Assembly (NCBI GenBank): GCA_964557755.1
Contig: CAZLBJ010000229.1
Location: 1-25,175 of the forward strand
Reading direction: 5' to 3'
From: an uncultured Thermoanaerobaculia bacterium
GTDB taxonomy: Bacteria > Acidobacteriota > Thermoanaerobaculia > Multivoradales > JBCCEF01
Length of the DNA stretch: 25,175 nucleotides
In this document: piece by piece, positions 9,546 through 17,500 of the stretch
How the letters are laid out: every line of letters begins with the position of its first letter
Numbering within the stretch: position 1 is the stretch's first letter
Translations under genes and position numbers: made by a program
Notes under the pieces: model-generated
What the model was told of the DNA's origin: nothing
Database searches by the model: none
The model's input: only the letters and a program-made list of their open reading frames with translations

Positions 9546-9590
9546 GGGCCTGCGATCATAGCGCCCCCTGCTACGATGCAGGCGGCCATG
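9543..9590. promoter_or_regulatory. Symmetric bidirectional promoter with back-to-back -10 boxes
   Basis: Minus strand: GCTATGAT-CGCAGGC-CC-ATG(9545). Plus strand: TGCTACGAT-GCAGGC-GGCC-ATG(9588). No RBS on either side. Confidence 0.5.
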
Positions 9591-12581
9591 CCCCCGAAGA
9601 TCCGCGACGTCGCGGCGGTCACCACCTACGAGTCGTTGATGCCGCACCTGGTGCAGCAGGTGCTGCTGGTGGCGAGCGCCTACGACAGCTTCATCCTCGA
9701 GGAGGAGGGGCGCTTCTCCGACCGCCTGCTCGGCCAGTACCTCGAGCTCGACCTCTCCAGCCCGCCGACCTTCCAGCACGTGCCGTCGGCGCGCAAGGCG
9801 CTGCAGCAGCTGCGCCGCGACCCCTACGACCTGGTGGTGACGACGCCGCACATCTCCGACATGTCGCCGCAGCAGCTCGGCGCGGAGATCGCCGACCGCC
9901 ACCCGGGGACGCCGGTGCTGCTGCTGACCTACGACCGCGTCGACGCCCAGTCGTGGGCCGACCGCTGGGCCGAGCGCCGCCAGCCGGAGGGCATCGACAA
10001 CGTCTTCCTGTGGACCGGCGATCCGCGCCTGCTGCTGGCCATGGTGAAGGCGGTGGAGGACCGGAAGAACGTCGACCACGACACGCGCAACGGCCTGGTG
10101 CGGGTGATCATCGTGGTCGAGGACCAGCCGGCGGTCTACTCGTCGTTCCTGCCCATCATCTACTCGGAGCTGCTCGAGCAGATCCGCTCGCTGCTCGCCG
10201 ACCGCCTCAACGAGCGCGACCGCAACTACCGCATGCGCGCGCGGCCGAAGATCCTGCTGGCGCGCTCGTTCGAGGAGGGGCGGTCGCTGCTGCGGCGCTA
10301 CAAGGACTACCTGCTGGGGGTGATCTCCGACGTCCGCTTCCCGCGCCGCGGCCGCCTCGACCCGACGGCCGGCCTCGACTTCATCCAGCTGGTGCGCGAG
10401 CAGGTCCCGGACCTGCCGATCCTGCTCCACTCGCGCGAGCCCGAGCACGCCGCCACCGCCCGCGAGTTGGGGGTGGGCTTCGTCGACAAGAACTCGCCGG
10501 AGCTCTTGGGCGAGCTGCGCACCTTCATGCGCCGCAACTTCGGCTTCGGCCCCTTCGTCTTCCGCGTCGAGGGCGACGAGCAGGCGTACCGCGCCGACAC
10601 CATCCAGGAGATGCTGGAGGTGCTGCGCGAGGTGCCGGCTGCGTCGCTGCTCTACCACGCGTCGCGCAACCACGTCTCCAACTGGCTGATGGCGCGCGGC
10701 GAGTTCCCGCTGGCCATCGAGGTGCGGCCGAAGAAGGTCTCCGACTTCAAGGACGCCGAGGAGCTGCGCCGCTACCTGGTCGAAGTCTTCTCCGACTTCC
10801 TCGAGCAGCGCCAGCGCGGCCAGGTGACCGACTTCCGCGGCCGGCCGGATCCGCTGCGCCGCGACTTCCTGCGCCTCGGCCGCGGCTCGATGGGCGGCAA
10901 GGCGCGCTCGATCGCCTTCATGGCGGCGCTCAAGGCGAAGGACCAGGTGACGGAGCGCTGGCGCGAGGCGTTTCCCGGGGTCAAGGTGATCGTGCCGCGC
11001 ACGGCGGTGATCTGCACCGACGTCTTCGACCGCTTCTGCGCCCGCGGCAACCTGCGCGAGCGGGCGATGGAGGCGGAGACCGACGCCGAGGTGGCGGCGC
11101 TGTTCCTCGCCCAGCCGCTCGACTTCGAGCTCACCGCCGACCTCGCCTCGATCCTGCGCGAGGTGCGCTACCCGCTGGCGGTGCGCTCGTCGAGCCTGCT
11201 CGAGGACTCCGAGTACCAGCCGCTGGCCGGCCTCTACCGCACCTACCTGCTGCCCAACTGCTCGCCGTCGGACGAGGTGCGGCTCGAGCAGCTCTCGCGC
11301 GCCGTGCGCCTGGTCTTCGCGTCGACCTTCTTCCGCGGCCCGCGCACCTGCATGGAGGCGACCTCGCTGCGCATCGAGGAGGAGAAGATGGCGGTGATCG
11401 TCCAGCGCCTGGTGGGCCGGCGCTGGAACAGCCACTTCTACCCCCACTTCGCCGGCGTCGCCCAGTCGCACAACTACTACCCGCTGGGCCACATGCAGCC
11501 GGAGGAGGGGATCGCCACCGTGGCGCTGGGACTGGGCCACGCGGTGGTGGGCGGCGGCGCCGGCCTGCGCTTCAGCCCGCGCCACCCGCAGGTGCTGCCG
11601 CAGATGTCGTCGACCGCCGACGCGCTGCGCAACTCGCAGCGCGAGCTCTACGCGCTCGACCTCGGCGAGCCGGAGGTCGAGGTGGGGCTCGACGACCTCG
11701 GCAACCTCCTGCGCCTCGACCTCGCGGCGGCGGAGGCCGACGGCACGCTCGAGCCGGTGGGCGCCACCTACTCGCCCGACAACGACCGCATCTACGACAG
11801 CGTCCACCGCAAGGGCGTGCGGCTGGTCAACTTCGCGGGCGTCCTCAAGCACGGCCGCTTCCCGCTGGCGCCGCTGCTCGACGAGGTGCTGGAGCTCTGC
11901 CGCCAGGGCATGGGGACGCCGTGCGAGCTGGAGTTCGCGGTGTCGCTGGGCGACGGCGAGACGCCGTCGGAGCTGGCGCTGCTGCAGCTACGGCCGCTGA
12001 TCGCCCAGGGGCGCGACAAGGAGGTGGACCTCGGCCAGGCGGGCGACCGGCCGCGCCTGCTGGCCGGGCCGGCACTCGGCAACGGCGTCATCGGCGACGT
12101 GCGCGACGTCGTCTACGTCCACCCGGACCGCTTCAACACCCGCGACACGCCGGCCCTGGCACAGGCGGTGGCGAGGATGAACGAGCGGCTGGCGGCGCGC
12201 CACCGTCCCTACCTGCTGCTCGGCCCCGGCCGCTGGGGCACCGCCGACCGCTGGCTGGGCGTGCCGGTCTCCTGGAGCCAGGTGTCGGCGGCGCGGGTGA
12301 TCGTCGAGCTGGAGATGCCGGACGGCGGCGTCGACCCCTCCCAGGGCACCCACTTCTTCCACAACATCACCTCCCTGCGCATCGGCTACTTCACCATCGA
12401 CCCCGCGGCCGACGGCCAGCACGTCGACTTCGCCCGCCTGGAGGCCCTGCCGGCCGTCGAGGAGGACGGCCCCCTCCGCCACGTCGAGCTCCCGGAGCCG
12501 GCCGAGGCGTGGATCGACGGACGGAGCGGGCGGGGGGTGGTGGTGGTGGGGGAGGGGAGAGAGGACGATCGGGCGAAGTGA
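9588..12581 (+). CDS. Receiver-domain / PEP-pyruvate-binding (PPDK N-terminal ATP-grasp) protein, about 997 aa (alternative start 9576)
   Basis: Pseudo-receiver, then a receiver (VVED...ISDVRFP...LLHS...FVDK), then PPDK_N-like motifs GSMGGKARSIAF, PLAVRSSSLLED...AGLY, MAVIVQRLVG and ELEFA, with a C-terminal PSQGTHFF motif. Confidence 0.88.
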   Translation: MPPKIRDVAAVTTYESLMPHLVQQVLLVASAYDSFILEEEGRFSDRLLGQYLELDLSSPPTFQHVPSARKALQQLRRDPYDLVVTTPHISDMSPQQLGAEIADRHPGTPVLLLTYDRVDAQSWADRWAERRQPEGIDNVFLWTGDPRLLLAMVKAVEDRKNVDHDTRNGLVRVIIVVEDQPAVYSSFLPIIYSELLEQIRSLLADRLNERDRNYRMRARPKILLARSFEEGRSLLRRYKDYLLGVISDVRFPRRGRLDPTAGLDFIQLVREQVPDLPILLHSREPEHAATARELGVGFVDKNSPELLGELRTFMRRNFGFGPFVFRVEGDEQAYRADTIQEMLEVLREVPAASLLYHASRNHVSNWLMARGEFPLAIEVRPKKVSDFKDAEELRRYLVEVFSDFLEQRQRGQVTDFRGRPDPLRRDFLRLGRGSMGGKARSIAFMAALKAKDQVTERWREAFPGVKVIVPRTAVICTDVFDRFCARGNLRERAMEAETDAEVAALFLAQPLDFELTADLASILREVRYPLAVRSSSLLEDSEYQPLAGLYRTYLLPNCSPSDEVRLEQLSRAVRLVFASTFFRGPRTCMEATSLRIEEEKMAVIVQRLVGRRWNSHFYPHFAGVAQSHNYYPLGHMQPEEGIATVALGLGHAVVGGGAGLRFSPRHPQVLPQMSSTADALRNSQRELYALDLGEPEVEVGLDDLGNLLRLDLAAAEADGTLEPVGATYSPDNDRIYDSVHRKGVRLVNFAGVLKHGRFPLAPLLDEVLELCRQGMGTPCELEFAVSLGDGETPSELALLQLRPLIAQGRDKEVDLGQAGDRPRLLAGPALGNGVIGDVRDVVYVHPDRFNTRDTPALAQAVARMNERLAARHRPYLLLGPGRWGTADRWLGVPVSWSQVSAARVIVELEMPDGGVDPSQGTHFFHNITSLRIGYFTIDPAADGQHVDFARLEALPAVEEDGPLRHVELPEPAEAWIDGRSGRGVVVVGEGREDDRAK

Positions 12582-12662
12582 GCACAGGCGACCCGAGGGC
12601 GCGTAGTCGCGGCCCCGCAGCTCCCATTTGCGCCGCTCACGAGAAGCTCAATTGAACAGTCT

Positions 12663-12995
12663 TTACTCGCGTTCATCCTCGGTCGGAGGAAGAGTTCCAT
12701 GCGGGTAGTCGTTCTCATTTGAATAATAATAGACGCAAGCCGTATCGGTGCCGTCCGCTGATTGCAGTTCCGAGATCTCGTCGGCTGCGATATCGGGAGG
12801 CTCGTCGCTGGCGTTCCATATTTCGCTCAAGAAGTACTGATCAGAGAGAAGCTTCGTCCGAGCCAGTTCTCCAGCTTCGTCGGTGCTTCTCGCGTCGACT
12901 ACCCGCCAAGTGTAGGCACCTCCAGTTGTGATGTTCCCATCCTGGTTTAACAGTTTTAGGTCTTGCGCATGTAGCAGCACTGCGAATCTGGTCAT
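12663..12995 (-). CDS. Hypothetical acidic protein, possible orphan immunity protein (110 aa)
   Basis: ATG-started ORF in the low-GC tract downstream of the Rhs gene, on the same strand. Role is inferred from position only. Confidence 0.6.
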   Translation of the reverse strand: MTRFAVLLHAQDLKLLNQDGNITTGGAYTWRVVDARSTDEAGELARTKLLSDQYFLSEIWNASDEPPDIAADEISELQSADGTDTACVYYYSNENDYPHGTLPPTEDERE

Positions 12996-13028
12996 TGGTT
13001 GTGATCCATGGGCCAGTCGGCGGCAGAC

Positions 13029-13346
13029 CTAACCTTCCCGCGGTGGCTCGGGCATCTCAAGAGCGGTCAGGTCCTCGATGTCGACATCCGGCAGCTTCGC
13101 GTATTCCGTCGAGATCAGCCGCTCAAGGGGCTTCCGCAGCTCCTTGAGATGGTGTACCAAGTGAGAGTACAGCTCCACTTGGAGCTCGACCAGTGCATCG
13201 GATGCAACATCCGGCGCATTTCCAAATTGCCGATCGAGCTTCGCGAGGTGCGATCGAATGTGGTCGGCTGCCTCCAGGACGCCCTCAAGGTGGAAGGCGA
13301 CGGCACTCGACGGATCCTTTTGTCGGAGTTGTCGGAAGAAACTCAT
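13029..13346 (-). CDS. Hypothetical alpha-helical protein, possible orphan immunity protein (105 aa)
   Basis: ATG 13346 (MSFFRQL) preferred over the TTG at 13400. Low GC, co-oriented with the Rhs gene. Confidence 0.55.
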   Translation of the reverse strand: MSFFRQLRQKDPSSAVAFHLEGVLEAADHIRSHLAKLDRQFGNAPDVASDALVELQVELYSHLVHHLKELRKPLERLISTEYAKLPDVDIEDLTALEMPEPPREG

Positions 13347-13396
13347 ACCTCCACCCCCGCTCTCTTGGCAAGCTCTTGTGGAATGGGTAGGTCCGT

Positions 13397-13819
13397 TCAA
13401 AGGACCCGAAACGGACCTTCTGTTTCAAGCACCCGCCGAGTCTGTTCATGCTTCTTTTCCGTGAAGCCACCGAAGTGCTCGTAAGAGGGCTCACAGGCCA
13501 TGAGGACGACATCCCACGCAATGTCGTAGGTATCCTCATTGTCGAGAAGGATTCGCACGAGGTTACGATCGAACTCATCTACCACGGAACACTCGACAAT
13601 AGAGGTAGGAGCAGGGGCTGCCGAATCGCGAGGAGCGATTCGCGTCTCCTCCCCCTTCGAGTCCTCGTACCACCCGAGGATCACCTTCAGTGGAACGATG
13701 TACTGCGCTCCAGAATCGTAGCCGAACTGAACGCTCGTTCCGTTCTCGATGGCTGCTGCGTAGTTGAAGCGTGTGTATCCACGCTCAACGATGTCTTCGT
13801 CCTCAATCATCTCAGGCAT
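13397..13819 (-). CDS. Hypothetical protein, possible orphan immunity protein (140 aa)
   Basis: RBS AGGAG 6 nt before the ATG. Low GC. Immediately follows the Rhs relic. Confidence 0.65.
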   Translation of the reverse strand: MPEMIEDEDIVERGYTRFNYAAAIENGTSVQFGYDSGAQYIVPLKVILGWYEDSKGEETRIAPRDSAAPAPTSIVECSVVDEFDRNLVRILLDNEDTYDIAWDVVLMACEPSYEHFGGFTEKKHEQTRRVLETEGPFRVL

Positions 13820-13879
13820 TTCAACTCCTGGGTTACGCGCCCGGGACAGCCGCTTGCTCGGCAGTCGTCCTCATCGTCA

Positions 13880-14095
13880 GCCGTCGTAGCGGGGTAGGTG
13901 CCGCTCGACCAGGTGCTGCTGTCGCCGGTGGTCCTTAGCGCCGCCGGCCGCGCCATCGCCGAGGCCTCCAGCGACTGGTGGTCGACGACGCCGTTGCCGT
14001 GAGTGACGTCGGAGTACATCCCGTTGGGGTGGGCGGTGGCCAGCCACGTCCCCTACGAGGACCAGGCCCCAAATCGACCGCTGGGCGACGGTCAC
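13880..14095 (-). pseudogene. Degenerate mosaic fragment of an Rhs gene
   Basis: 13880-14047 aligns to 15933-16107 at about 90% (47-nt identical run, 9-nt deletion, 2-nt insertion). 14062-14095 aligns to 18587-18620 (25/34 nt; VTVAQRSIWGL vs MTPAQRSIWVL). Confidence 0.85.
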
Positions 14096-14110
14096 AGTCC
14101 TTTCATACGA

Positions 14111-14563
14111 CTACGTCTCCGTGCTTACCCGGCAATCCATGAGTCCTGGAGGGCTAGAGAGCAGCCTCTCTGCTTCCGCTCCATTTGCGTGGAACTCGAA
14201 CACGCCATCTTTATCTCTATCTAGCTCCAGCACCAACTCTCCCGAAGCGTCATAACGCCAATGGATATCCATAGTGCCGTTGCACTCGGAAGATTCCCAT
14301 CCTTCAACGTACCGACCATGCCAGTCCGAGAACTCTCCGGCCTCCGGTAGTCGGAACTTGCCGTCTGGTCGACCGTCACGATTTGCATCAATCCGGACAG
14401 TGCTGAGCCTACCCCATCGGTACTCATTGGTGATGAGTCCGAGCTCAGAGTGATCTTGTCGAGAGGTACGAAACATGTAACCTGCAAGTGCCACTAGGAA
14501 CAGCCCGAGCACAGACAGCGCTATCAATACGTTCTGTTTCGATGGCTTACTAAGGGCCATCAT
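14111..14563 (-). CDS. Putative cognate immunity protein, N-terminal membrane anchor, DxxxDG repeats (150 aa)
   Basis: Start ATGATG overlaps the last 11-14 nt of the Rhs gene. TM segment VLIALSVLGLFLVALAGYMF. Motifs IDANRDGRPD and LDRDKDGVFE. Low GC like the toxin tip. Confidence 0.75.
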   Translation of the reverse strand: MMALSKPSKQNVLIALSVLGLFLVALAGYMFRTSRQDHSELGLITNEYRWGRLSTVRIDANRDGRPDGKFRLPEAGEFSDWHGRYVEGWESSECNGTMDIHWRYDASGELVLELDRDKDGVFEFHANGAEAERLLSSPPGLMDCRVSTET

Positions 14564-17500
14564 TGAGAACCTCGCGCAGACTCGCTGCGTCTTCGTCAGA
14601 GAAGCTACGTACGTGGTCTCCAAGATCTTCTGCCGAGACCGGGGACTCCATCACAGTTCCCGGGGCTGCCTGATTCTCTATCGGGTTCATCAGCGAGCCG
14701 ACGGGAGCGGCGTCACCGCTGTATTTCTGGAGTGCGCCCGTAGCGTGTCCGACTTCGTGGGATGTCGCGTTGACTAGGAAGTTCATCGTAGAGCTGTCTC
14801 CATCCGGTGCTTTGGCGGTCGAGACTGTGACCCGGTCAAGACTTCGTATTCCGAAAGCTCCCTGGGCGATCGCTTTATCTTTCACCTTTACGTCGACCTT
14901 GCGATCTGATGCCTTCATCATCTTCGGCTCACCAGAGCCCTCGCTATCAAAGCTCATTACCTTGTCTACTCCGGCCGCCCTAAAAACCTCCTGAACGCCA
15001 ATCTGCAACGCCGTTCTCTGATTCTGAGTGAGGCCGGACTGTGAATAGTCATAGACTATGAACAAATCCTTGCCGTTGGGGTCGGTGAATTTGAGTGGAT
15101 TTCCTGCGACATATCCGTACCGATTGTAGCGCAGAGGCGAATCGAGCGCCGTTCGGCGATTGAGTGGGTCGATGGTCAAGTACCGCCCGTGCAACGGGTT
15201 GTAGTACCGAGCATGGTGGTAATCGAGATCATCCCCCGGCCCCGAGCTGTAGAAATCCCGCTCGTGCCCGGTGAACTTCATCGTCTCGGTGTCCTGCCCC
15301 CAGTACGTCGCCTCTTCGCCATAGGGGAAGTAGGCGTGGTAGGCCATCTGGTTTCCGAACTGGTTGGTGATCAGGCGCGGGGTGCCGAGGTGGTCGAGGT
15401 GGTAGTGGTAGGTGGTGTTGGGGCTGGGCTTGACGGCGGCGAGCAGCTTGCCGTCGGCGTAGACGTAGTCGCGTTCGACGCTCCAGCCCGAGGGGCCGGC
15501 GCGGTAGTCGCGCAGGACCTTGCCGTCGAGGTCGCGGAGCGTCCAGCGCGAGCCGGTCCAGTGGTAGCTCCACAGCCGCTCGTCGTCGGCGGTGTAGAAG
15601 AACAGCCACTCGCCGCCGCCGGAGTCGATGCGCTTTTTCACCATCCCCATGGCATCGTACTCGAAGCCGGTGCCGTTCCAGGAGGTGACGTTGCCGGCCG
15701 AGTCGTAGCCGGCGGTGGTGAGCCGGTTGTTCGCCGGGCTGACCGGGATCGAGCGACCGGCGGGGCCGGAGAGGGCCTGGATGTTGGTCAGGTTGGCGAA
15801 GGCGTCGTAGGTGTAGGCGCGGGTGTAGGTCGAGCCGCCGCCGGTCTGGCCGGTCTTCGTGGTCGCCCGGGTCAGCCTCGACACCCCATCGTAGGCGTAG
15901 TTGGCGGTGCCGATGGCGGCGACGTTGCCGGCGCCGTCGAAGCGGTAGGTGCCGCTCGACCAGTTGCTGCTCGCACCCGTGGTCCACAGCGCCGCCGGCC
16001 GCGCCATCGCCGAGGCCTCCAGCGACTGGTGGTCCGCGACGCCGTTGCCGTGGGTGACCTGGGAGTACATCCCGTTTGGATGGTAGCTGAAGGCGGTGGC
16101 CAACCACTGGCCCGTCGTCAGGTCCTGGACCGAGGCGAGGTAGCCGCGGTGGCTGGTGTTGAAGTTGTGCTGGACGCGCCGCGGCGACTGTGCCGTGCAG
16201 CCGGCGTTGGTGCACTCGGGGTAGTCGACGTAGTTGAGGTTGCCGAGGTCGCGCCAGGCGAAGCCCTGGGTGAAGCTGTCGGTCGGTGCGTCGTTGACCC
16301 ACAGCTGGGTGTCGCGCTTGGACACCGCGCCGCCGAGGCCGGCGTAGGTGTAGGTCTCGCGCGCCTGGACCTTGAACGAGTTGCCGTTGAGCACCACGTA
16401 GTGGTAGCGGTCGGCGGTCCACAGCTTGCCGCCGCGCAGGTCCGAGCCCGAGCTCCACGGCGCGTAGGTGAAGGTCTTGACCCGCCGGGTGGAGCCGCCG
16501 GCCAGCTCGTCGACCGCGGCCAGCCGCCCGGCGCGGTCGTAGGCGTAGCGCACGTCGAACGGACCGTCGAGCTTCCTGCCGGCGTTGCCCAGCGCGTCGT
16601 AGCTCAGGTAGCTGACGGTGCCGTTGCCGGAGGCGCCCTTCTCCGGGTGCTGCTCGGAGGTGAGGAAGCCGCGTTTGTCGTAGGTGAAGGTGCGCGTCTG
16701 GGTGGTGCCGTTGGAGGTCGAGGCCTGGCGCAGGCGGTTGCCGACGTCGTAGAGGTAGGTCGTCGTCACGCTCGCGCCGCCGGCGCCCGAGGGCTCGGCG
16801 ACCTTGTGGAGCCGGCCGTGCTTGTCGTAGGTCTCGACCACCTGGTAGCCGGTCTCGTAGGCGCTCGACGGACATCCCGCCGTCGACGAGCAGACGGTGT
16901 AGGCGCGCGTCGTCTGCCGCTCGCCGGCGTACCACAGCAAGATCTTGTGGCCGTTCGGGTCGTCCGGCGGCTCGATGCGCCCCGGCCGGCCGAAGGGGTC
17001 GTAGTTCTTGTACATCGTGAGCTTGCTCGGCCAGCCGAGCTGGCGCTCGGACGTCGAGTGCGTCCAGCCCATGGAATTGACCACGGTGTCCACCGTCGAC
17101 CACGAGCCGGAGGGCTCGAGCCGCTGGTCGCGCCAGAAGCGCCCGAACGGGTCGAACACCGCCTTGGCCTGGGTGAGCACCACCGAGCCGATGTTGTTGT
17201 GCTGGCGGATCAAGACCTCCGCCGGCGAGCTCGCCGACGTCGCCCGGTTGTAGGTGTAGGTGGTGCGCGCCCCGGCGCCGCTCTGCGGGATCTCGGCGGT
17301 GCGCCGGCCCGAGCTGTCGTAGGTCAGCGTCACGGTCAGGCCGTCGGCGCCGGTGACGGTCTTGGGCAGGCCGGTGGCCTGGTCCACCGTCGACTGGTAG
17401 GTCCACAGGACGTGGGCGCCCGTGCCGGTGAGCCAGCGCGAGCTCGACAGGGTGCCGTACTGGAAGGCGCTCTCGCGCCGGTAGCCGTCGCCGGACAGCG

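Noticed and set aside
8103-11852. Track starts at 8103 (1492-aa ORF) and 11852 (1179-aa ORF)
   Set aside because: The extensions are antisense to each other's real genes. Recognisable domains begin only at 9576/9588 (+) and 9545 (-).
13397-13399. Selenocysteine or programmed readthrough at the TGA
   Set aside because: No evident SECIS-like hairpin or redox motif. A nonsense mutation or relic is simpler.
13397-13819. Resemblance of the 140-aa ORF to DUF2442-type antitoxins (YIVPL..., YDIAWD)
   Set aside because: The similarity is too weak to call by eye and would need a profile search.
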